A stretch of 64,000 bases of DNA from an uncultured Erysipelotrichaceae bacterium (lineage in GTDB: Bacteria > Bacillota_I > Bacilli_A > RFN20 > CAG-826), in NCBI GenBank assembly GCA_900315885.1, contig ONAT01000001.1, positions 81,920 to 145,919 of the forward strand, in the 5' to 3' direction. Made by a program: the position numbers and the translations under genes. Within the stretch, counting starts at the first letter, position 1. Each line of letters opens with the position of its first letter. Under the pieces are notes generated by a model that made no database searches, was not told where the DNA came from, and saw only the letters and a list, made by a program, of their open reading frames with translations. This document shows, one piece after another, positions 21,299 to 29,905 of this stretch.

Positions 21299-22070
21299 AG
21301 AATTAGAAGCCGCTATTAAAGCAGGTTTAGCAGCCAAAGAAAAAATAATGGAAATTTATAATCACGGATTTGAAGTGGAAATTAAATCAGACCATTCACC
21401 TGTTACTCTAGCGGATAAAACAGCAGACAAAATGATTCGCGAAGCACTTGCTAAAGAGTTTCCAAAATATGGATTTTTAACTGAAGAATCTGAAGACAAT
21501 TTAGAAAGAAGAAAAAAAGATTGCATTTGGATTGTTGATCCAGTCGATGGAACAAAAGACTTTGTAGCTAAAAATGGTGAATTTACTACTAATATTGCCT
21601 TAGCTTATAAAGGCGAAGCTGTTCTTGGCGTTGTAGTTTTACCAGCTTTTGATACATATTATTATGCAGTCAAAGGTCAAGGAGCGTATAAAGTTATAAA
21701 AAACGGCAAACCAGAAAGAATACATGTTAATGATAAAACTGATGATTTAACAGTTCTTTGCTCTAATTTTCACTTAAGTGATTTAGATAAAGCTGTTATT
21801 AAAAAACATGAAGACCGCATTAAACATGTCAAACAATTTGGTTCAAGCATTAAAACTTGTAAAATCGCTGAAGGTTCAGCAGAATTATCATATCGTATGA
21901 CTAATGGCACCAAAGAATGGGATACCGCAGCAATGCAAGTTGTAATTGAAGAAGCTGGTGGATATCTTTTAAAACTCGATACATTGGAGCCAATAAGATA
22001 TAATCGCGAAGATGTTTATAACCGCGAAGGTTATATAGTCGTTAATCGTAAAGAAAACATATTATTATAA
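21288..22070 (+). CDS. Inositol monophosphatase / CysQ-family phosphatase
   Basis: FLTEES, WIVDPVDGTKDF and WDTAAMQVVIEEAGG motifs. Confidence 0.85.
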   Translation: MWNKELEAAIKAGLAAKEKIMEIYNHGFEVEIKSDHSPVTLADKTADKMIREALAKEFPKYGFLTEESEDNLERRKKDCIWIVDPVDGTKDFVAKNGEFTTNIALAYKGEAVLGVVVLPAFDTYYYAVKGQGAYKVIKNGKPERIHVNDKTDDLTVLCSNFHLSDLDKAVIKKHEDRIKHVKQFGSSIKTCKIAEGSAELSYRMTNGTKEWDTAAMQVVIEEAGGYLLKLDTLEPIRYNREDVYNREGYIVVNRKENILL

Positions 22071-22091
22071 AAGAGCGAAAGCTCTTTTTTT
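22071..22091 (+). terminator. Rho-independent terminator
   Basis: AAGAGC-GAAA-GCTCTT followed by T8. Confidence 0.7.
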
Positions 22092-22126
22092 TATTTATAA
22101 ATACATCATCTAAAACATATATTCTA

Positions 22127-22849
22127 TTGGTGATATTAGTGAAGATATCAGTTGTAGGTAAAGTGTTTGTTATTTTTATATCATTGTGTTTTTCTTCTAT
22201 TTATGGGATTAAAGTCACTGGTGATGCTTTTAATGTGCACATAATGAGTTATGCCACAATGCAAGCGAAGAAAGTTGTGACATATGCTTGCAATAATGTG
22301 GTTGAACAATTAATGGATAAAAAACAAATAAAAAATACGGAAATTGTGGCATGTAGTGAAAGTAATGGCATTAAAACCATTAATATAGATACAGATTATT
22401 TAAAAACATTTTTAAAAGAAGCAACAAGAGAAACTTTAAAAGAATTAAAAAGAATAGAAAATGGAGAATATGAAAAAGAACTATTTCCTGATGTGACTAC
22501 AATTAAAAGCAAAAATGGCGCTATTTATGAAATACCTTTTGCACTTGTGACTAATAATGTCATTTTAAGTAATATTGGTTCTAAAGTGCCAATACGCTTT
22601 ATCTCATTAGGTAGTATTGAAAGTAATATTGTAAGTAATACATCTTCGTTTGGTATAAATAATGCTTTGATTAATATATCTTTAAATATGTCGATAAGTA
22701 CACAAGTAGTCGTGCCATCATCATCAAAAAAAGAGAGTTTTGATGTAGAATTACCAATCTTTATGTACGTTATTAACGGTGAGATTCCTACTTATTATTT
22801 TGGTACAAAAACAGTGTGTTCAAATATAGAAAGTGAGGTACAAATATAA
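22127..22849 (+). CDS. Membrane-anchored protein, possibly sporulation protein YunB-like
   Basis: N-terminal TM segment. The size and overall pattern resemble YunB as I recall it. The start codon is uncertain (TTG or GTG, with no clear RBS). Confidence 0.45.
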   Translation: MVILVKISVVGKVFVIFISLCFSSIYGIKVTGDAFNVHIMSYATMQAKKVVTYACNNVVEQLMDKKQIKNTEIVACSESNGIKTINIDTDYLKTFLKEATRETLKELKRIENGEYEKELFPDVTTIKSKNGAIYEIPFALVTNNVILSNIGSKVPIRFISLGSIESNIVSNTSSFGINNALINISLNMSISTQVVVPSSSKKESFDVELPIFMYVINGEIPTYYFGTKTVCSNIESEVQI

Positions 22850-23748
22850 TGCGAGCTTTTATTTTCGATAAGTATGGTTATTATGAAGATGATGAATATG
22901 GAGTGGAATTTGATTATTTGGGTTGGCATTTCAAATTAGAAAAAGTAGATAAAAACGAGAATGAATTAAAAGAATTAAATGAATTTGTAAAAAAATTAGA
23001 GGCCATATTTTATGATAGTGGCGTCGCAATTATTAAGAATAGAGATAATAAATATATGTCAGTAGCAGATTTTGGAAATTGTGCATTAGTGTCAGTAAAA
23101 CAAAGACTAATGAAACTCGATGATTTATTTAAAATGCACGCTTATTTTAAAAATGAAGAAAAAAATGCGAGTTACACTATTAAAGAAATGCAAAAACTAT
23201 GGGAAGATAAAATTGATTTATTAGAAGAAAAAATATTACCTGCAATAAAAGCAGATGATTATTCTTATGAAAAAATGATGACGATTATTATTTATGCTCT
23301 AGGTGTTGCGGAAAACGCTTTGCAGTATTTAGCAGAAACTATTCTAGATTATGGCGAAGAAATTGAAAATCTCACTTTATGTCATAAGAGGTTTTCGGAT
23401 TATTCTAGCTATGAATTCTTTTCACCTTTTAATTTAATTGTAGATTCGCCAATGCGCGATTTAGCGGAACTATATAAGAGTAATTTAATTAATAATGAAA
23501 GGCTCATAGAAGTATTAAATATGTATTCCGCAACTCAAAAAGATGTATCTATTTTACTTGCGCGCATTTTGTATCCAACGCCAATTCTCGATTTATTAGA
23601 TGATTACTACATTATGCATAAAGATGTAAAACACGATATTTTTAAATATCAAGACAATGTAAAAGAGTACATTAAAAGAGTGAGTGAATTAGAAAAAGCA
23701 TTTGTTTATAAATATAAGATACGTCCAATTAACTGGCTTAATCTTTAG
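22849..23748 (+). CDS. Hypothetical protein, possibly YutH/CotS-like spore-coat pseudokinase
   Basis: The segment GVAENALQYLAETILDYG..LCHKRF..NLIVDSPMRDLAELY and ARILYP resemble the CotS/YutH kinase-like fold. The H-x-D catalytic motif is degenerate (HKR). Confidence 0.35.
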   Translation: MRAFIFDKYGYYEDDEYGVEFDYLGWHFKLEKVDKNENELKELNEFVKKLEAIFYDSGVAIIKNRDNKYMSVADFGNCALVSVKQRLMKLDDLFKMHAYFKNEEKNASYTIKEMQKLWEDKIDLLEEKILPAIKADDYSYEKMMTIIIYALGVAENALQYLAETILDYGEEIENLTLCHKRFSDYSSYEFFSPFNLIVDSPMRDLAELYKSNLINNERLIEVLNMYSATQKDVSILLARILYPTPILDLLDDYYIMHKDVKHDIFKYQDNVKEYIKRVSELEKAFVYKYKIRPINWLNL

Positions 23749-24631
23749 ATAATAGCTTTATAACTTTTTTCCTAGCATCTTGACCTTCTTTGATTGGATA
23801 TAAGACATAAACGTGATTTTGCTCTTTTCCAACAAATAAATCATAGTCAATTTCGTCGCTTTTTAATATATTACATAATTTCATTACTTCAGGATAGAAT
23901 ATTTCTCTTGTTCCAACAAAAATAGAAATTCTTCCCAAATTTGCGAACGAGCCAAAAATAGGGCTGACGAGATAATTATTCATATTTTCTTTTCCATTTG
24001 CCCAATATTCGCCATCAACTTGTAATTCCCAAGAAGCAAGCATAGGATCATCTTTTTCATATTTTGCTATTTCAGGGTTATTAGTGTTTAAATCTAACCA
24101 AGGAGAGAATAAGACAATACGCGTAGGCCCTGCAATATTTTCGTTTCTTAAGTATTGCGCTAAAGAAAGAACAAATCCTCCACCAGCGGAATCTCCCATA
24201 AAGATAATTTTCTCGCTAGGAGTTTGGGATAATATTTTTTTATATAGGTCAACAATAATAGGGTAATTATCTTTATACGAAAAGCGAGGTGCTTTAAAAT
24301 AAATTGGCATAATTATTTTAGCATCTAGTTTTGTGGCAAATTCTTGTAAAGCAAAATAATGTGCTTGTAATGGCTGGTGTATATAAGCACCACCATGGAG
24401 ATAGAGAATTGTTTTTTGTTCAGTTTTTTGTTTGTTATTAAATACTAGTATTTGCATACCTTCAAACATCTCATTTTTAATGTCTGTAAGAATAACAGGA
24501 GGTTTAACAGTGATATCTTTATTTAATGATTCAAGATATTTACGATATTCTTTAATATCTGTAGTTTTAGGGCGAGAAACATATAACAAAATAAATTCTG
24601 CCATTTTACTTCCGAAAGATCTTTTTGCCAT
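23738..24631 (-). CDS. Alpha/beta hydrolase (HSL-type esterase/lipase)
   Basis: HGGAY oxyanion motif and GDSAGG nucleophile elbow. Confidence 0.85.
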   Translation of the reverse strand: MAKRSFGSKMAEFILLYVSRPKTTDIKEYRKYLESLNKDITVKPPVILTDIKNEMFEGMQILVFNNKQKTEQKTILYLHGGAYIHQPLQAHYFALQEFATKLDAKIIMPIYFKAPRFSYKDNYPIIVDLYKKILSQTPSEKIIFMGDSAGGGFVLSLAQYLRNENIAGPTRIVLFSPWLDLNTNNPEIAKYEKDDPMLASWELQVDGEYWANGKENMNNYLVSPIFGSFANLGRISIFVGTREIFYPEVMKLCNILKSDEIDYDLFVGKEQNHVYVLYPIKEGQDARKKVIKLLSKD

Positions 24632-24688
24632 ACATTAATTGCCTCTTTTCTAAAAAAATTATATCAAAAGCGCAGTGGCTTCGCAATT

Positions 24689-24722
24689 AAAAGAAAAGCG
24701 ACTATTCATTTTGAATAATCGC
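24689..24722 (-). terminator. Rho-independent terminator of nfu
   Basis: GCGATTATTC / GAATAGTCGC hairpin (one mismatch) followed by TTTTCTTTT on the minus strand. Confidence 0.55.
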
Positions 24723-24739
24723 TATTTAGTAATAAATAA

Positions 24740-24991
24740 TTATTTTGCTTCTTTTGGCATTTCGCTAGCCAATTTAACACCGAGGACACCAGGAACTTCC
24801 TCCATTAAGATAATTTCAATACCTTCGGAGATTGTTGTATCAATCATCATGCAATCGGAACAAGCGCCAATCATATTAATGTAGACAATTCCATCCTTGA
24901 AGGCAACAAATTCGACATCGCCACCATCACGACGGATGAAAGGACGTAATTTATCAAGTGTTAATTCAATTTGTTCTTCTATGCTGACCAT
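24740..24991 (-). CDS. NifU C-terminal-domain (Nfu/YutI-like) Fe-S assembly protein
   Basis: RPFIRRDGGDVEFV and GACSDC motifs, with RBS GAGGTGA. Confidence 0.85.
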   Translation of the reverse strand: MVSIEEQIELTLDKLRPFIRRDGGDVEFVAFKDGIVYINMIGACSDCMMIDTTISEGIEIILMEEVPGVLGVKLASEMPKEAK

Positions 24992-25118
24992 ATTATCACC
25001 TCATGACGTTATTTATATTAGCACTTTTTAAAAAATATATAAATATAAATTGATTAAATATGGAGAAAAGATAAAATATAAGTGTAGAATAAGGAAAATA
25101 ATATTAGGGGCGAGCATT

Positions 25119-25847
25119 ATGGAAAAGTTTTTATATCAGTTGGTTATTTGTGTATTTGCGTATTTACAAACGTTTGGTTTTTGGTTTGTAGTAGGCACAA
25201 CTATTGATGGAATAGCGTCGATAATTTTGGCATTTTTGGTTTTAGTTTTATCATGTATTCTTGAAATATTTCTTACATGTTATAAGAAGTGGTATTGTGC
25301 ATTTTTAAATCTTTTCTTTGTTCCTATTAAATTCTTTGTACGTGTTGTTGCGGTTCTTTGCTATTTTATTAAAAAACATGAGTTCCCTTCACAAGGCACT
25401 AATAGGAATGATTTTAAAACTAATTTTGTTTATGCTTTAACAGGAATTGATATTTCGCCTGAAGAAGAAAGCAAAATTAATCAAAACGAAGAAGAAAAGC
25501 AACATTTACTTGAAAATGATTTAGATTTTAAATATTTTGAGTCTTTGTTTTCTTCTTTAAAAGATGAACCTAAAAATCAAGCAATTAAAAAAAATTATTA
25601 TTTTTCAAAACCACATGGATATTGCAAGGATTTTAAATATCATTTTGAAGAAAGTGAAGCTTTTATGGTGCTTGATGTAGTGTATTGTTGGAATGATAGA
25701 GATATTGACGCTAAGGACAATTATGAAATATTTAAGGAAGAATACAAGCAAAAAATACTTAATTATTGGGATGAGTATGTTAATCGCTTTATCGGTGTGA
25801 CGAAAATGCATTATATAATTAATTTTAGCGCAGAATACAAATATTAG
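25119..25847 (+). CDS. 3-TM membrane protein with a conserved C-terminal domain of unknown family (paralog A)
   Basis: ATG 25119 lies 8 nt after TAGGGG. Three hydrophobic helices are followed by a charged linker and a C-terminal domain ending GVTKMHYIINFSAEYKY. It is paralogous to the next gene. Confidence 0.7.
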   Translation: MEKFLYQLVICVFAYLQTFGFWFVVGTTIDGIASIILAFLVLVLSCILEIFLTCYKKWYCAFLNLFFVPIKFFVRVVAVLCYFIKKHEFPSQGTNRNDFKTNFVYALTGIDISPEEESKINQNEEEKQHLLENDLDFKYFESLFSSLKDEPKNQAIKKNYYFSKPHGYCKDFKYHFEESEAFMVLDVVYCWNDRDIDAKDNYEIFKEEYKQKILNYWDEYVNRFIGVTKMHYIINFSAEYKY

Positions 25848-25918
25848 ATTTTCGAATAGACAAAGTCACTATTTGGTAATAAAATATAAATGTTTATTTT
25901 ATTAAGGAGACTTTGTTT

Positions 25919-26692
25919 ATGAAAAGACTTATTTATCACGTCATCATGCTTATGTTAATCTCTGCTCAAACCGGGGTACTTTTGTTTGCGCTTTCTGATT
26001 CTGATCCTTCAAATATGACATTAGCGCTTGTCGGAGTAGTGGCTTTAAGTATTATTGAAAAATTTTTATCTGGTGAAAGAAAATGGTATTGTATTATTTT
26101 AAATATCATTCTTATACCACTCAAATTAATTGTTAGACCAATAATGCTTTTGATTTATCTCCTTACGAATCATAGATTACCAGAAAGAGGTTGCGCGGAA
26201 GATACTTTTGGTGGGAATTTTGTCTATATTTTAACTGGTACAGATTTTGGCTTACCTAAAAAACAAAAAATGTCTTACGAAGAGTTTCGTGAGGAATTAG
26301 CTAATAACAGAAGAGAATATGAAAAAGAGAAAAGAGAAAGAAAAGAATTCGAAGAAGCCTTAAAAAGTGGAAGAATTATTCCAGATCCAGACTTTAAATA
26401 TTTTAAGAAAGATTTTGAATATATAAAAAAAGGCGCTATTACAGGTTATATAGGTGGAAGCTCTAGATATTTTTCTTGTCGTTTCAATGGAACTAAAGCA
26501 CATATTACTTTTGATGCGATTTTCTATTGGCATTTGGACTATAATCAAGACAGCGAAGCTGATTCTTATGAAGAATTTAAACGAAAATGCAAAAGAAATA
26601 TAGAAGCAACTTATGAAGATTATTGTAGACATTTTAGAGGTGTAACAGAATTACAATATAATATTAACTTTAGTGTGGAATATAAAAAATAA
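25919..26692 (+). CDS. 3-TM membrane protein with a conserved C-terminal domain of unknown family (paralog B)
   Basis: ATG 25919 lies 9 nt after AAGGAG. It shares KWYC..LN....P.K..VR, NFVY.LTG.D, D.DFKYF and GVT...Y.INFS.EYK with paralog A. Confidence 0.7.
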   Translation: MKRLIYHVIMLMLISAQTGVLLFALSDSDPSNMTLALVGVVALSIIEKFLSGERKWYCIILNIILIPLKLIVRPIMLLIYLLTNHRLPERGCAEDTFGGNFVYILTGTDFGLPKKQKMSYEEFREELANNRREYEKEKRERKEFEEALKSGRIIPDPDFKYFKKDFEYIKKGAITGYIGGSSRYFSCRFNGTKAHITFDAIFYWHLDYNQDSEADSYEEFKRKCKRNIEATYEDYCRHFRGVTELQYNINFSVEYKK

Positions 26693-26887
26693 TTTAAGTG
26701 TGGTTTATTATTTGATTTTAAAATGATATCATTGCATTTTAAATCAACACAATAATTTGTTTTAAATTTCGAATTTTAAGGAATTTATTAAGTGTAAAAA
26801 AATCCCATTTTTAGATAGAATTATGAATATTTTTAAACTTTCAACGGAAATATTATGCTTATGATTGACTTAAAAAGATAAATTATA

Positions 26888-29308
26888 TCAATATGTTAAC
26901 TTAATTAGTATTATTATAAGTACTAAAACAAAAACTATGAAAATTATAGATGCAATTATAAGTTTGATTTTTTCTCTTTTAAAATATTCTTCGACCTCCT
27001 GTCTAATTAAGATATATTTATTTCCTTGTTTGTATTTCTTTAATACACCCGAATGAACTATTTTCATTACTCTGTACCTAGAATTTTTATAAACGTGCAT
27101 TATTTCGTTGACAGTTATGTACTTCCATGCATTTTCATTAGTTGTATTTTTTATTGGTGACACATATGGATAATCATTCATTAGCGATAGCACATTTTTA
27201 ATTGCTAATACAAATCTGTTAGTACTTAATTGATCGAATTTTATATTTAATCCATTTTTAGATAAATCTATTCCAATGATTGTTCCGGTGCCAAATGAAA
27301 TATGCTTCACTCTTTGACCTATTTTTGCGCTTTTAATTAATTGATAGTCAATATCGGCTGTTGTACAATTGCTCACAGATGAAATGCTTTTTTGCTTATC
27401 CGATAGTTTGGCACCAATCCACTCAATTTGGGTTGGATTAATATCAAAAATAAATCTAGATGGTTGCATTTCTCCACTTGTAGAATAATCAAATCCTTCA
27501 GCATCTGACAAATATAATTGTTTTTCTGCTCGCGTGAAGGCAACATAAGCTAATCTGCGTTCTTCTTCCATTTGTTTCTGTGTGGTGGCTCGGCTTATTG
27601 GAAAATTATTTTCGTTTAATGCGCAAACAAAAACATATTTAAACTCTTGACCCTTTGATATATGTGCGGTCATCATTTTTATCTTGTCTATGCAATCATC
27701 ATCTTTATCAGAATTTGCGACAAGTGTAATATTTTCTATATATTGTAATAATGTTAAATTTTCCCCATCAGAATCTTCATAATTCTTAATTGATTCTAAT
27801 AGTTCGTTAACATTATCGATTCTATCATCATCTGCTTTCGTGATGAGATTTTCTTCATAACCTGATTTTTGGTACAAAAAACTTAAAATATCAGATACCT
27901 TATTATTTTTGATTTGCAATACAGAGTTGATCAAATCGATAAATTCTTTAACTTTTGCACCTTTAAGAATTGCATCATCCTTATATAACAACAAGTTTTC
28001 ATAAAGACTCTTACCATTCTCTTTTTGCTTTTCAGTTAAGAATTGGATTTTTTTATTGCCAAATTGTCTTGAGGGAGTGTTAATGATTCTTTTGAATGAA
28101 ACATCATCAAAATTTATTACAAATCTTAAATAAGAAATCAAATCCTTAATTTCTTTTCTTTCGTAAAATCCAATACTGCCATAAATTCGATAAGAAATAT
28201 TTGCTTTTAATAACCCTTCTTCTACGAACCTAGAATTCCTATTTGTTCGGTAAATAATAGCAATATTATTAGCTGACTCACCACTTGATATTATTTCTTT
28301 TATAGTAGAGCATATCCAGTTAGCTTCTTCATCTCTGCTTTTAGCATGATAATAGATTGGTTTAGCAAAAGATATATTGCCAGTTTTCATTTGTTTATCA
28401 AGTCTCTCACTATTGTGTTTTATTAAAGTATTTGATAATTCAATTATTTCTGGTGTGGATCTATAATTTGTATTAAGAAAAATAGTCTTACAATTAGGGT
28501 AAATTTTATCAAATGAGTATATATAATCTTTCGCACCTCTCCAAGAATAAATCATTTGGTCTGGATCGCCAACTACAAAAAGATTTTTATGCTTGCCTGA
28601 AATGAATTGTGCAATTGTAAATTCGGATTCGGTAACATCTTGGAATTCATCTATTAGCACATATTGAAATTTCTCTTGATATTTTTCTAGGACATCGGGA
28701 TATTTTTCAAATATATATATACACATATAAATGAGATCATTAAAATCAAGATAATAATTCTTTCTTTGATATTTAAGAAATTCAACTACTGAATTTGGCG
28801 CATCTATTTCTTTGGACAAAAGTGGATCTGTCAAAAATTCAATGTACGATTCTAGGTTAAATTTTTTATAACTTCCGATGGTGTCTGCAAATTGCTTATA
28901 GTTCATTTCTTTTTTATCAATTGATAATTTCTCATAAATGTCTTTATATATACTTTCTAAATCTTGCTCATCTAGTATATTGAATGATTTGGGGTAGTTA
29001 ATATGAAAAATCTCATCTCTTAGTATTCTCGCACAAAAGCCATGAAATGTATGAATGTAACCAGAAAAGTTATTTCCAAAGACTTTTTTTAATCTATTTT
29101 TCATTACATCAGCAGCTTTATTTGTAAATGTAATACATAAAATATTATCAGAAGAAATACCACAATTAGAAATTAAATATCCATATCTATTAACTAACGT
29201 TCTAGTTTTTCCTGAACCAGGACCTGCAACTACTCTTACATATCCTTCAGTATTAATAACGGCTTCTTTTTGGGCGTCATTCAATCCGCTAATAAAACTA
29301 TTGTCCAT
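26888..29308 (-). CDS. PcrA/UvrD-type SF1 helicase with a C-terminal Tudor-like segment, an extra HTH and a C-terminal TM anchor
   Basis: AGPGSGKT, LIDEFQD, VGDPDQMIYSWRGA, NYRSTPEI, MTAHISKGQEF and VAFTRAEKQLYLS motifs, then GQRVKHISFGTGTIIG. An HTH-like block follows (YITVNEIM...KYILIRQEVEEYF), and the last 26 aa are entirely hydrophobic. RBS GGAGG. Confidence 0.9.
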   Translation of the reverse strand: MDNSFISGLNDAQKEAVINTEGYVRVVAGPGSGKTRTLVNRYGYLISNCGISSDNILCITFTNKAADVMKNRLKKVFGNNFSGYIHTFHGFCARILRDEIFHINYPKSFNILDEQDLESIYKDIYEKLSIDKKEMNYKQFADTIGSYKKFNLESYIEFLTDPLLSKEIDAPNSVVEFLKYQRKNYYLDFNDLIYMCIYIFEKYPDVLEKYQEKFQYVLIDEFQDVTESEFTIAQFISGKHKNLFVVGDPDQMIYSWRGAKDYIYSFDKIYPNCKTIFLNTNYRSTPEIIELSNTLIKHNSERLDKQMKTGNISFAKPIYYHAKSRDEEANWICSTIKEIISSGESANNIAIIYRTNRNSRFVEEGLLKANISYRIYGSIGFYERKEIKDLISYLRFVINFDDVSFKRIINTPSRQFGNKKIQFLTEKQKENGKSLYENLLLYKDDAILKGAKVKEFIDLINSVLQIKNNKVSDILSFLYQKSGYEENLITKADDDRIDNVNELLESIKNYEDSDGENLTLLQYIENITLVANSDKDDDCIDKIKMMTAHISKGQEFKYVFVCALNENNFPISRATTQKQMEEERRLAYVAFTRAEKQLYLSDAEGFDYSTSGEMQPSRFIFDINPTQIEWIGAKLSDKQKSISSVSNCTTADIDYQLIKSAKIGQRVKHISFGTGTIIGIDLSKNGLNIKFDQLSTNRFVLAIKNVLSLMNDYPYVSPIKNTTNENAWKYITVNEIMHVYKNSRYRVMKIVHSGVLKKYKQGNKYILIRQEVEEYFKREKIKLIIASIIFIVFVLVLIIILIKLTY

Positions 29309-29369
29309 TGAATTTTCCTCCTAACAAGTTACGATAAATTATTAAAGAAATAAAATATTTGATATTTTA

Positions 29370-29398
29370 ACTATATTATTGTGACTATTCTTTTTCAA
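29370..29398 (-). promoter_or_regulatory. Putative sigma-A promoter of the helicase gene
   Basis: On the minus strand: TTGAAA (29398-29393), a 17-nt spacer, then TATAGT (29375-29370). Confidence 0.4.
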
Positions 29399-29412
29399 GT
29401 GTTTTTCAAGTA
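29391..29412 (-). repeat. Tandem 11-nt direct repeat spanning the -35 region
   Basis: Plus strand reads TTTTTCAAGTG TTTTTCAAGTA. Each unit carries a TTGAAA on the minus strand. Confidence 0.6.
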
Positions 29413-29653
29413 AGATTTTTGTTGCTTTTTATAAATTTCTTAACTGTCACTTTCGAAGAAGTGCCAAAAAAATTAATGACGAGGCATTTTTGTGTATCCG
29501 GCAAAATAGAAATGGAGGAAATGAAATACAGACACTTTTTTGGACTATGTTTGGCAATAATTTAGTATAAATTCGGAAACAAATAATTTGTATTTATTTA
29601 AAACTCTTTGATTTCTTGTGTAGCCAAATCCTCGACATAGAATGAACCATCGT

Positions 29654-29905
29654 TTATTTCTTAAGTCTAGTTTTAATTTTTACAAGTAATTCAAGAATCT
29701 CTTTTTTGTTTTTCTTGGCAATCTCTTTATTAAATATACATGGTTGATTGTCAGTATCAAATTCATAACATTCAGAATATAATTCAGAACATCTTAAATT
29801 TAATTTAGAAAGCGTTGTATCATCGTCGATGATGGCTACTCCAGTTAAAGATTGAACTGTTTCAACATCGCTAATCCAAATAGGACATTGCAAATAATCA
29901 AACAT
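29654..29905 (-). CDS. Orphan 83-aa protein (acidic, Cys-containing, Lys-rich C-terminal helix), no recognisable family
   Basis: ATG-to-stop ORF in an otherwise non-coding AT-rich stretch, with only a weak RBS. The composition looks protein-like. Confidence 0.45.
   Translation of the reverse strand: MFDYLQCPIWISDVETVQSLTGVAIIDDDTTLSKLNLRCSELYSECYEFDTDNQPCIFNKEIAKKNKKEILELLVKIKTRLKK

Noticed and set aside
26693-26887. A direct repeat of the tRNA-Leu(UAA) 3' end (an att-like site) that would delimit an integrated element. I also scanned 24992-25118 and 29906-30071.
   Set aside because: Scanning by eye found no copy of the TGGTGCCCGGGACCGG... segment or a long part of it. An alignment would be needed to exclude short degenerate att sites.
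29512-29565. A plus-strand mini-ORF (MEEMKYRHFFGLCLAII) in the helicase upstream spacer, considered as a possible type I toxin-like peptide.
   Set aside because: The GGAGG overlaps or abuts the start codons with unusable spacing. The peptide is only 17 aa, and nothing else supports it.
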